Assembly (NCBI GenBank): GCA_043822305.1
Contig: JBDRBU010000022.1
Span: 1-26,767, forward strand
DNA from: Candidatus Firestoneibacteriota bacterium
GTDB lineage: Bacteria > Oederibacteriota > D2-FULL-39-29 > JBDRBU01
Reading direction: 5' to 3'
Length of the DNA stretch: 26,767 nt
The translations under genes were made by a program, and so were the position numbers. Below the pieces are notes generated by a model, which saw only the letters and a program-made list of their open reading frames with translations, was not told the DNA's origin and searched no databases. This document shows, in pieces, positions 1 to 8,647 of the stretch; position 1 is the stretch's first letter, and each line of letters opens with the position of its first letter.

Positions 1-140
1 ACTTGCATCGGTTACCTCCTGATTAAGTTGGTTGTCATAAACCTAACTATATCAGTTTTCTTCGGTAATCGGTGCTTTTTTATTTCCCCTTATAGCTTAA
101 TGCTTTCTCCTATTTCTCCCACATTATTTACGAATGACCC
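1..140 (-). mobile_element. Probable left end of an insertion sequence interrupting the MFS gene; partial gene start (MQV...) at position 8 reading out of the window
   Basis: Minus strand has AGGAGG then ATG (8-6). RBS and start lie in a long imperfect hairpin (5-75; gcatcggttacc/ggtaatcggtgc and ctgattaagttggtt/aacctaactatatcag). MFS-like sequence is lost at about 140, where GGGTCATTCGTAAATAA begins after AATT. The transposase is not visible. Confidence 0.45.
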
Positions 141-953
141 AATTAAAGTATAATTTAATTTTAGTTCTTTAATTAAATACACATTTACATAAATAGAAAC
201 TAGTGCTACAGCAAATGCCCATATGGAATTAAATAAAACCAGATTCATAAAATTTTTATTTTTTGTTACAGAAAGTATCTTTTGGGGAATGGCCGTCATA
301 GAAAATTCTTCATTGATGCAGGTTGTATTTAAGACATCAGGTAGTTTCGCCAGGTAAAAATATGAAATAAGACCGAATAATGCCCCTATTCCAAATAAAC
401 TAGCAAATCCAAAATATTGATTAGTATTCCATATGTCCAAATATTTACCGGCTAAAATACTGATTATTAAAGTTATAAAGCCACCTACAAAAACTCTTTT
501 CCCAAAATAATACCCCCTTTGTTCTGCGGGAATTAAATCAGCCATCCAGGAAAGCCAGGAAATAGATGAAAAAGTTGAAAGAAGAGATATAACAAAAAAC
601 AAAATAGAAAAAATTAAAATAGGACATGGTAAATATTTATAGAAAATGAGCAACGGAATTAAAGGCACAAGAAACCATGATAATCTTAAGGGTAATACAC
701 TTTTTACACAAAGATTCTTGCGGGTTTTTGACCTATCTATTATATAAGAAAAAACAGGAGCAAAAACACTTGCTAAAAGAGGAATTGAAGTAATTAATCC
801 TATTTGGAAATTATTAGCACCCAGCAAAAGTAAAAACCCAGTAAGAAATACACCGCCTGTTACTGCAAAAAGAATATTAACTATTCCTGCTTCAAAAAGG
901 AAGTTTTTTAATACTGATTTAGGAAGTGTGTTAGATTGAACTTGTTCTGGCAT
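90..953 (-). pseudogene. MFS transporter, 3'-truncated (N-terminal half plus about one helix of the C-half)
   Basis: Hydrophobic helices and the WLSWMADLIPAEQRGYYFG motif typical of this MFS group. Only 287 aa, ending in a non-membrane tail (SFVNNVGEIGESIKL), whereas 12-TM MFS proteins are usually over 400 aa. Confidence 0.7.
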
Positions 954-974
954 TTTAATTACCTTTCTTTTTAG

Positions 975-1003
975 ATTATATAATCTTTAAATAGACAAGT
1001 CAA
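975..1003 (-). promoter_or_regulatory. Sigma70-type promoter for the MFS gene
   Basis: Minus strand TTGACT (1003-998), 17 bp, TATAAT (980-975). Confidence 0.6.
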
Positions 1004-1020
1004 ATCAAATATGCTATAAT
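992..1020 (+). promoter_or_regulatory. Sigma70-type promoter (extended -10) for the GGDEF pair, overlapping the divergent MFS promoter
   Basis: TAGACA (992-997), 17 bp, TATAAT (1015-1020) preceded by TGn. Confidence 0.6.
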
Positions 1021-1035
1021 TTTAAAGAGATACAA

Positions 1036-2931
1036 ATGAATATTCACGCACTTCCATCAATAATTGCAGCAATAACCAATTTAACATTAGGAATCTTTGT
1101 TTATCTTAGAGGTAAAGGGAAAAAAATAAACTTACTGTTTGGCCTAATGAGTCTTGCCTATGCCTGGTGGAATTTTGGTGCTTTTATGCTTTACATTGCT
1201 CCAAATAAAGAATCTGTTTTATCTTTGTTCAGACCTACAAGTAGCGGCATGTGGTTTATTCCCCCCTTAACTTTTCACTTTATAATTCATCTGGGGAAAG
1301 ATAAAAGTAAAATATCTAAAATAATTTTAAGCATTTCATATCTTCTGGGTGTTATTTCACTTATTTCAAGCTGGGTTGTTAAAACTGAATTCATATTTTT
1401 TGAATATGGTAAATATCTTCCTAAGGCAAGTCTTCCTTTTGCTTTAATAAATATAAATATTGGAGTCGTAATTTATGGATTATATCTTTTAACTAAAAGA
1501 TATAAAAAATTAACATCGGCTATTGAACGTGTTCAGATAAAATATTTTTTCCTCGGAATAACAATTCTTTTTTTATGCAGTTTAACAGATATTCTTACTG
1601 GCTATAATATAAAAGTATATTCATTCGGTCAATTAGGAACTTTATTTTACTTAATGTGTGTGAGTTATTCTATTATAAGACATCGTTTATTTGATATAGA
1701 TATGGTTATTAATAAAATTATACTTTTTGTTTTATTTACTGTATTTATTGTTATATTTCATATTGGACTTATTAAGATTACATCTTATCTAGTAACTCCT
1801 CCATCGGCTAATTTTTGTTCTATTATTCTTCTTGTGTTTATTTTCTTCTTTACACCATTAAGATTCAAATTAAGCGACCTCATCGACCGTGTAGTTTACC
1901 ATGGCCGATACGATTATCAAAATATACTCCGTAATACATCTAAAGCATTAGTCAGCCTACTTAACTTGGAAGAATTATTAAATTATCTCACGACGACTAT
2001 GGCTAATGTCGTCGGGGTAAGAAAGGTATGTGTTTTATTAGAAAAGATACCGGGTAATTTTTCCATTCAGTCATCTTACGGCCTAGAAAATGAGCTAGTA
2101 AAAGATTATTCAATAAAGGTAAAAAACGGTATAGTTGGCTGGATGAAGAAAAAAAAGGATGTGTTTGTTAAAGAAGAGCAGGAAAGAGAACTTTCTCCAG
2201 AAGAATTTAAAGCAATATATGGAGACATAGAAAAGATAGGAGCGGATATAAGTATTCCTTTATTTTATAAAGAAAGATTGCTGGGTATTATTACCTTGGA
2301 TTCAAAAATTTCAGGCAAGATTTATAATCCGGCAGATATAGATATTCTTAACACCATCGCTTCTCAAACGGCTATTGCTTTAGAAAATGCCAGGATTTAT
2401 GATGAAGCTATAACTGATGGTTCAAGCGGGTTATATAATCATAAATATTTTATCTTTCGATTAAATAAAGAAGTAGAAAGAGCAAGAAGATATAACTTAC
2501 CACTTTCACTTCTTATGATGGATATAGACCATTTTAAGAATGTAAATGATAAATTTGGACATCTAGTGGGATCTATGGTTGTAAGAAAGATGGGTAAAAT
2601 CATTAAAGCACTCGTAAAGGAAGTAGATATTCCATGTCAGTATGGTGGAGAAGAATTTACAATTTTACTTCCACATACTGAGTTAGAAGAGGCTAAAGCA
2701 ACTGCCTATAAACTTAATAAAACAATACAGGATACAGAGTTTTCAGAAGAAAAGTCTATTTCTGTAAAAATAACTGTATCTATAGGAGTAAGTAGTTTAA
2801 GCGAAGACAATAAAGACAAAAATATCCCACAGGGACTTCCTTTGATCGCCCCTTTAGATTTTCTAAAGTTAGCTGATACGGCTTTATATAAAGCAAAAGA
2901 AAAAGGAAGAAATAAAGTTGAGGTAATGTAA
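1036..2931 (+). CDS. Membrane sensor (HisKA-7TM-like)-GAF-GGDEF protein with Hypr-type Ser substitution; candidate 3',3'-cGAMP synthase or degenerate diguanylate cyclase
   Basis: Multi-TM N-terminus, GAF (IPLFYKERLLGIITL...IALENAR), and GGDEF motifs DIDHFKNVND and GGEEF. Has GHLVGS instead of GHxxGD, QYGG instead of RYGG, and KEVD instead of RxxD. Confidence 0.9.
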   Translation: MNIHALPSIIAAITNLTLGIFVYLRGKGKKINLLFGLMSLAYAWWNFGAFMLYIAPNKESVLSLFRPTSSGMWFIPPLTFHFIIHLGKDKSKISKIILSISYLLGVISLISSWVVKTEFIFFEYGKYLPKASLPFALININIGVVIYGLYLLTKRYKKLTSAIERVQIKYFFLGITILFLCSLTDILTGYNIKVYSFGQLGTLFYLMCVSYSIIRHRLFDIDMVINKIILFVLFTVFIVIFHIGLIKITSYLVTPPSANFCSIILLVFIFFFTPLRFKLSDLIDRVVYHGRYDYQNILRNTSKALVSLLNLEELLNYLTTTMANVVGVRKVCVLLEKIPGNFSIQSSYGLENELVKDYSIKVKNGIVGWMKKKKDVFVKEEQERELSPEEFKAIYGDIEKIGADISIPLFYKERLLGIITLDSKISGKIYNPADIDILNTIASQTAIALENARIYDEAITDGSSGLYNHKYFIFRLNKEVERARRYNLPLSLLMMDIDHFKNVNDKFGHLVGSMVVRKMGKIIKALVKEVDIPCQYGGEEFTILLPHTELEEAKATAYKLNKTIQDTEFSEEKSISVKITVSIGVSSLSEDNKDKNIPQGLPLIAPLDFLKLADTALYKAKEKGRNKVEVM

Positions 2932-2933
2932 TT

Positions 2934-4820
2934 ATGAATATTTATTTATCCTCTTCTATAATTGGGGCCATAGTAAACTTAGGCTTAAGCATTTTTGTAT
3001 ATCTTAAAGGTAAGGGAAAAAAGATAAATATTGCATTTGCCTTGATGAGTCTTAGCGTTTGCATCTGGAATATTACAACTATTGGTTTCGTCCTTATAAA
3101 AGGGGAAAACACCCTTGAGTCTTTTCATCGTCTTATTGTACTTGGAATATATTTAATTCCTGCATTTACTTTTCATTTTCTGACTATCTTATCAAAAGCA
3201 AAAGGGAAAGTCGTTTCTTTATTATTAACACTTTCTTATATATTAAGTACAGGTTTATGGATTTCTAGTTTGTTAATAAAAACAGAATTTAAATATATAG
3301 ATGAAACAAAAAGATGGATGCCACTTCCAAATATTGTAAGTTTCTTTTTTATTGTAATTTTTATATTTTATATTAGCTATGGTCTTTATTTATTATTTAA
3401 AAGATATAAAGAAACCTCTTCACCTTTAGAAAAAACTCAAATAAGATATTTCCTTCTGGGGATCTCTTTTTTCTTTCTCGTTAGTTTAACTTCATTCCCT
3501 CATGTTTTTTGGAAGTTTAAAATCCCACCCTTAAGTAGTCTTGGCTGTGTTTTTTATAGTATTTGTGTATCTTATTCACTTGTCCGACATCGTTTATTTG
3601 ACATAGATGTCGTCATTAATAAAATCATTCTTTTTATTATTTTATGTGGTTCAATTATTATGTTTTATACTATATTTAACAAACTTACTTCTTCTATAAT
3701 AAATCCTACTTTGGCTAATTTTTCTTCTGCTTGTCTAATTATCTTTTTTTTATTTTTTACTCCTTTAAGATTTTGGTTAGGTAATGTTATCGACCGTGTC
3801 GTCTACCGCAATAAATACGATTATCAAAATATACTCCGTAATACATCTAAAACATTAGTCACCATGCTTGATTCAGAGGAATTATTAAATTATCTCACGA
3901 CCACTGTGGCTAATGTCGTCGGGGTAAGAAAGGTATGTGTTTTATTAGAAAAAACCCCTGGTAATTTTTCTATTCATTCATCATTTGGCCTAGAAAAAGA
4001 TATAGTAAAAAATTATTCAATAGAAGTAAAAAACGGTATAGTTGGCTGGATGAAGAAAAAAAAGGATGTGTTTGTTAAAGAAGAGCAGGAAAGAGATCTT
4101 CCTGAGGAAGAATTTAAAACAATATATAAAGATTTAGAAAAGATAGGAGCAAATGTAAGCATTCCTTTATTTTATAAAGAAAGATTGCTGGGTATTGCTA
4201 CCTTAGATTCAAAAATTTCAGGCAAGATTTATAATCCGGTAGATATAGATATTCTTAACACCATTGCCTCTCAAACTACTATTGCTTTAGAAAATGCCCG
4301 GCTTTATAATGAATCTATAACTGATGGTTTAACCGGATTACACAATCACAAATATTTTATTTTTAGATTAAATGAAGAAGTAGAAAGAGCAAGAAGATAT
4401 AAATTACCACTTTCACTTCTTATGATAGATGTAGACCATTTCAAGAATGTAAACGATAAATTTGGCCATCTGGCCGGAGATATGGTTTTAAGAAAGATGG
4501 GTAAAATTATTAAAGAATCTACAAGAACAATAGATATTCCATCTCGGTATGGTGGAGAAGAATTTGCAATTTTACTTCTACATGCCAAGTTAGAAGGGGC
4601 TAAAGTAATGGCCTATAAACTCAATAAGATAATAGCGGCTACAGAGTTTCTAATAGAAGAAAAGTCTATTCCTATAAAAATAACTGTATCTATAGGGATA
4701 AATAGTTTAAGCGAACATAAAAAGGACAGGGAGACCACATTAGATTTTCTAAAGTTAGCTGATATCGCTTTATATAAAGCAAAAGAAAACGGAAGAAACA
4801 GAGTAGAAACAACTATTTAA
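2934..4820 (+). CDS. Membrane sensor (HisKA-7TM-like)-GAF-GGDEF diguanylate cyclase, canonical
   Basis: DGLTGLHN, DVDHFKNVND, GHLAGD, RTID I-site (RxxD), RYGGEEF and ADIALYKAKENGRN all intact. Confidence 0.92.
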   Translation: MNIYLSSSIIGAIVNLGLSIFVYLKGKGKKINIAFALMSLSVCIWNITTIGFVLIKGENTLESFHRLIVLGIYLIPAFTFHFLTILSKAKGKVVSLLLTLSYILSTGLWISSLLIKTEFKYIDETKRWMPLPNIVSFFFIVIFIFYISYGLYLLFKRYKETSSPLEKTQIRYFLLGISFFFLVSLTSFPHVFWKFKIPPLSSLGCVFYSICVSYSLVRHRLFDIDVVINKIILFIILCGSIIMFYTIFNKLTSSIINPTLANFSSACLIIFFLFFTPLRFWLGNVIDRVVYRNKYDYQNILRNTSKTLVTMLDSEELLNYLTTTVANVVGVRKVCVLLEKTPGNFSIHSSFGLEKDIVKNYSIEVKNGIVGWMKKKKDVFVKEEQERDLPEEEFKTIYKDLEKIGANVSIPLFYKERLLGIATLDSKISGKIYNPVDIDILNTIASQTTIALENARLYNESITDGLTGLHNHKYFIFRLNEEVERARRYKLPLSLLMIDVDHFKNVNDKFGHLAGDMVLRKMGKIIKESTRTIDIPSRYGGEEFAILLLHAKLEGAKVMAYKLNKIIAATEFLIEEKSIPIKITVSIGINSLSEHKKDRETTLDFLKLADIALYKAKENGRNRVETTI

Positions 4821-4831
4821 AAATTGATTGC

Positions 4832-4860
4832 TTGACATTTATTATACAAAGTTATAAAAT
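4832..4860 (+). promoter_or_regulatory. Sigma70-type promoter for the HEAT/MshEN/ExbBD cluster
   Basis: TTGACA (4832-4837), 17 bp, TAAAAT (4855-4860). Confidence 0.6.
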
Positions 4861-4881
4861 AATAAAAAGCCTGATAAATCA

Positions 4882-4904
4882 CGCAGGCTAAAGCCTGCGA
4901 CTAC
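4882..4904 (-). repeat. GTAG-type REP-like palindrome
   Basis: Minus strand GTAGT-CGCAGGC-TTTA-GCCTGCG: GTAG tag followed by a GC-rich hairpin in AT-rich intergenic DNA. Confidence 0.65.
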
Positions 4905-4937
4905 CAAAAATTAACAAAAATTAAAAAAGGGGGTTAT

Positions 4938-5720
4938 ATGCGTTTTCTTATCACTTTAATTTTAATTCTTAGTACTACTCTGGTGGTTTTTGCTCAAGTA
5001 GATCTAGATATAGGAAAAAAGATTCAAAAGTATAAAGAAGATATAGAAAAGTTAAAAAAAGAGTTAGAAAATTCTGATCCTATTGTTCGAGCAGATGCAG
5101 CCTTAGCCTTAGGTGTTATAAAGAATCCAGAAGTTATTCCTTTTGTTAGAAAATTATTAAAAGATGTTGATGAAAATGTTAGATCTTCTACCATAAACTC
5201 CCTTTGTATATTGCAGGATAAAGGCTCAAGGAACGAAATCATTAAATTAGGACTATATGATAAATTTGGAATAGTTAGAGCATCAGCTGCCAGTGGGTTA
5301 GGTACTTTGCAAGATAAAATAGCCATTCCTGCTCTCAAAACTATAGCAAAACATGATAAAGAATCTATGGTTCGAATAACAGCGGCCATATCACTTAAAA
5401 GTTTTGGTGAAGATTGGGCCATTTCAATAATAAGAGAAACTATTAAAGATAGGAATTTAGATGTCCGTATCTATGCAGCCGCTATGTTATCTTCGCTGGG
5501 AGATTTATCTTGTGTTCCTATTGTTAGGCAAGGATTATCTTCTAAAGATAAAACAATACGAGGTGCATGTGTTAATGTCTTAGGACAAGTAGGTGGTGAG
5601 GATGCTATTTTGGATTTAAAATACATCTCTAAAAATGATGAAGAAGAAATTATTAGAGACACAGCCAGAAATAGCATAAGAGCCATAGAAGCAAGAATGA
5701 AGAAGAAAACTAAAGAGTAA
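4938..5720 (+). CDS. Exported HEAT-repeat (PBS-lyase-like) protein
   Basis: Signal peptide (MRFLITL...VFA-Q); repeats VRADAALALG, VRASAASGLG, VRITAAISL, VRIYAAAML; GGGGG RBS. Confidence 0.85.
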   Translation: MRFLITLILILSTTLVVFAQVDLDIGKKIQKYKEDIEKLKKELENSDPIVRADAALALGVIKNPEVIPFVRKLLKDVDENVRSSTINSLCILQDKGSRNEIIKLGLYDKFGIVRASAASGLGTLQDKIAIPALKTIAKHDKESMVRITAAISLKSFGEDWAISIIRETIKDRNLDVRIYAAAMLSSLGDLSCVPIVRQGLSSKDKTIRGACVNVLGQVGGEDAILDLKYISKNDEEEIIRDTARNSIRAIEARMKKKTKE

Positions 5721-5727
5721 AACAAAC

Positions 5728-5757
5728 AACCCCCTACCCCCTTTATTAAGGGGGAAT
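5728..5757. repeat. Short palindromic CCCCCT...AAGGGGG intergenic element
   Basis: aaccccctaCCCCCTT-tatt-AAGGGGGaat, perfect 7-bp stem at 5737-5754. Resembles a dispersed miniature repeat and lacks a U-tract. Confidence 0.5.
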
Positions 5758-5811
5758 TAAAAATTGGAGGGCTTTCTCACTGAATACTTACCAGAAAAGG
5801 AGGGTTATTTT

Positions 5812-6255
5812 ATGGCTAAATATCATATAGGAGAAATTTTAATACGGGAGGGATTAATTACATCGGAACAATTAAAGAATGCTATTGAAGAACAGAGAAG
5901 GACCGGACAAAGATTGGGTCGTGTCTTGATAGACAAAGGTTATGTTAAAGAAGATGCTTTACTAAAGGTTCTGGGCACTCAGTTAGATTCTATGATCATA
6001 AATACAGGTGCAACCCACAAGAAGGTAAATAAATACCTGGCTTTAGTTTTAGGGATTCAAAGTTTAAATATCATTTTACTTATAGGGATGTTTTTATTTA
6101 TTAGGAAATATTTAACCGGTGGATTAACTTTCTTAGTAGATGATGAGATGGTTTCATATTTAAGTTTGTTTATAGTAGGATGTATTGTTTTATTTATACT
6201 TTTTTCGTTTATTATACAACAAATCTACAGATTAAACAATAAAGAAGAATTATAG
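5812..6255 (+). CDS. Stand-alone MshEN-domain protein with two C-terminal TM helices (putative cyclic-dinucleotide receptor)
   Basis: Tandem MshEN motifs HIGEILIREGLITSEQLKNAIEEQ and RLGRVLIDKGYVKEDALLKVLGTQ. Start moved from 5764 to ATG 5812 because of AGGAGG at 5798-5803. Confidence 0.85.
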   Translation: MAKYHIGEILIREGLITSEQLKNAIEEQRRTGQRLGRVLIDKGYVKEDALLKVLGTQLDSMIINTGATHKKVNKYLALVLGIQSLNIILLIGMFLFIRKYLTGGLTFLVDDEMVSYLSLFIVGCIVLFILFSFIIQQIYRLNNKEEL

Positions 6256-6263
6256 GAGGAAAA

Positions 6264-8633
6264 GTGAAAATTAAAGCATTTTGTTGTTTATTTATAATAT
6301 GTTCACTATCTTTAGCAGAAGAAATCCTACAAGTACAAGAAGATGTTTATAAAGAAGAAGCAAAATGGCATTACAATATGGCTTTAGAAGTTTTAAGTAA
6401 GAAAGAAAATATAGCGGATAATCGTAAAGAGGCCATCAGAGTTTTGCATGAAATTATAGATTGTTATGATTCAACATATCTGGAAGGTTATGCTTTACTT
6501 ATAAAACTTTACAAAGAAGAAAAAGATGAGAAAAACTTAAAAGCAATAGAAGATAGATATAAAGCAAGAGTGGAAATTGAAAAAAAATTCAAGGAAGAAG
6601 AAGCCAAAGAGGTTTATAGTTCCAATAAAAACATTAATGAGACAATAATAAAATTAGGTTCGAATGATTTTAAGACAAGAGTTAAAGCTGGTAATGAATT
6701 ATTGAAATTGGATAAAGAAGCCGTAGATGGATTAATTAAATCTTTAAACAGTAAAAATATCTATAGGGCATGTTTATCCGCTAATATTCTGGGCAAGTTA
6801 AAAGATAAAAAGGCAATTATACCCTTAGGTGAAGTTTTAAAAAGTGGGTTTCCTTCTTTAAAGATTTCCGCCATAGAATCTTTGGGAAATATCAAAGACG
6901 AATCCAGTATATCATATTTAATAAATACTCTTTCTGATAGTTTTTATAGTCATTATGAAGGCGAATACAAAGTTAGAGAAAAAGCATCCGAAGTTTTAAT
7001 CAAGGTTTATAAAAATAAAGCACTTCCTTACTTACTAAAAGCTGTAAAAAATCCTTCTTTAAGATGGTACACATTAGAAACTCTCATTAAATTTAAACCA
7101 CTTCCAAAAGGCTTGGAAGATATATTAAATGAAGCCTTAGCTGATGGTGATGAAAAAATTCGTTTAACGGCAATTAAAGGGGTAAGTAATGTCCAAGATA
7201 AAAATAAATTTTTCAGTTCTTTTGTAAAATTAATCGCGGATAAAAATGCAACCATTCGCCATGAAGTAGTTAAATTATTAGCTGAAATACCAAAAAAAGA
7301 ATCTTTGGATTTACTGATTTTAGCCTTATCTGATTCTGATAAAGATGTGGTAAATGAATCTATAAAGGCTTTAGGAAAATTTAAATTAGATGATGTAAAA
7401 GAACTATTAGTTAAATTGGCCGAAGATGAAAAAATGGATGTAAGCATTAGATGGAATGCTATAAAATCGCTGGGAGAAAATTTTAAGAAATATGATATCT
7501 TGGAATTAAAAAAACTATTAGAAGATGAAAATATCTGGATAAAATCAGCAGCAGCTGCTGCCTTGGATTTTGAAAAAATAAACTACGAAGATATAACAAG
7601 TTCTATTTTAAAAAAGAGAAGAGAAAACTTAGATGCATTAGCTTTAAGGTTTTCATTAAGTTCTGCTAATGTATTTGAAGAAGGAAGGCAGGCATCTATT
7701 AGAAAGGGCTTGAATTTTTTGGTTAAAGAACAAGCAGAGGACGGCCATTTTAAAAGTAAATATTTTCCGCTTGGAGTAACACAATTAGCATTACTTTGTT
7801 TACTTAAGGAAGGGTGGAGCGAAGAAGACACTGTTGTTAAAAAAGGGCTAAAATATATGCTTGAACATGAACAGAAGGATGGTTCATATATTTCAAAAAG
7901 TGAAGTGGCTCTCGGAAATAATATAGAAAAACAAAGAAGTTCATACACTTCAGCCATAGCCATAATGGTCTTAGCTGCTACAAAAAATCAAAAATATACA
8001 GAAAATATAAAAAGGTCTATAGAGTTTTTAAAGAGCATTCAGGATAAAGAAGGTGGGTTTGGATATTTTAAAGATACTCGGAGTGATATGAGCTGTACTG
8101 AGTTTGCAATGTTAGGGTTGGATAGTGGTTATGACTTCTTAAAATTAGACAAAAAAGATGAACTATGGATGAAATTAACAAATTATCTTAAAAAACAACA
8201 GAATCCGGATGGAGGTTTTGGATATACAAAGGAATGGGAAAAAGCATCATACGGGAGCATGACGTCTGCTGGATTAACTTGCCAGATGTTAGCGCATATG
8301 GATTTAACTTCTTCTGATGTAAAAAACACCTTAAGTTGGGTTAGTAAAAATTATACATTGGATTCAAATCCAAAAGCGGATTCGGATAAGCATCATCCGG
8401 ATTACCTTAAAAGTTTAGCCATGGGTTTGCATTTAACTGGACTAAATAGTGTAATAGATGATAAAGGAAATATGCATTACTGGTATAAGGAACTAATAGA
8501 AAAACTTATAAAAGAGCAAAAATCAGAAGGTTTTTGGGAAGCAAAATATTATGAACCAGTACTATGTACTGAGTTTTATATTATGATCTTACAACTAAAA
8601 AAATTAGAAGAAGAAGTTATGGATATATTTTAA
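6264..8633 (+). CDS. Exported HEAT-repeat plus prenyltransferase/squalene-oxidase (QW) repeat protein
   Basis: Signal peptide, central HEAT repeats, and C-terminal QW-like repeats (FLVKEQAEDGHF, FLKSIQDKEGGFGY, YLKKQQNPDGGFGY, LIKEQKSEGFW). AGGAGG precedes the GTG start. Confidence 0.82.
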   Translation: MKIKAFCCLFIICSLSLAEEILQVQEDVYKEEAKWHYNMALEVLSKKENIADNRKEAIRVLHEIIDCYDSTYLEGYALLIKLYKEEKDEKNLKAIEDRYKARVEIEKKFKEEEAKEVYSSNKNINETIIKLGSNDFKTRVKAGNELLKLDKEAVDGLIKSLNSKNIYRACLSANILGKLKDKKAIIPLGEVLKSGFPSLKISAIESLGNIKDESSISYLINTLSDSFYSHYEGEYKVREKASEVLIKVYKNKALPYLLKAVKNPSLRWYTLETLIKFKPLPKGLEDILNEALADGDEKIRLTAIKGVSNVQDKNKFFSSFVKLIADKNATIRHEVVKLLAEIPKKESLDLLILALSDSDKDVVNESIKALGKFKLDDVKELLVKLAEDEKMDVSIRWNAIKSLGENFKKYDILELKKLLEDENIWIKSAAAAALDFEKINYEDITSSILKKRRENLDALALRFSLSSANVFEEGRQASIRKGLNFLVKEQAEDGHFKSKYFPLGVTQLALLCLLKEGWSEEDTVVKKGLKYMLEHEQKDGSYISKSEVALGNNIEKQRSSYTSAIAIMVLAATKNQKYTENIKRSIEFLKSIQDKEGGFGYFKDTRSDMSCTEFAMLGLDSGYDFLKLDKKDELWMKLTNYLKKQQNPDGGFGYTKEWEKASYGSMTSAGLTCQMLAHMDLTSSDVKNTLSWVSKNYTLDSNPKADSDKHHPDYLKSLAMGLHLTGLNSVIDDKGNMHYWYKELIEKLIKEQKSEGFWEAKYYEPVLCTEFYIMILQLKKLEEEVMDIF

Positions 8634-8647
8634 TTATGCTGGAGTAT

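Noticed and set aside
7690..8633. Squalene-hopene cyclase call
   Set aside because: Only one QW-repeat barrel, no DxDD motif, a signal peptide, and no hopanoid genes nearby.
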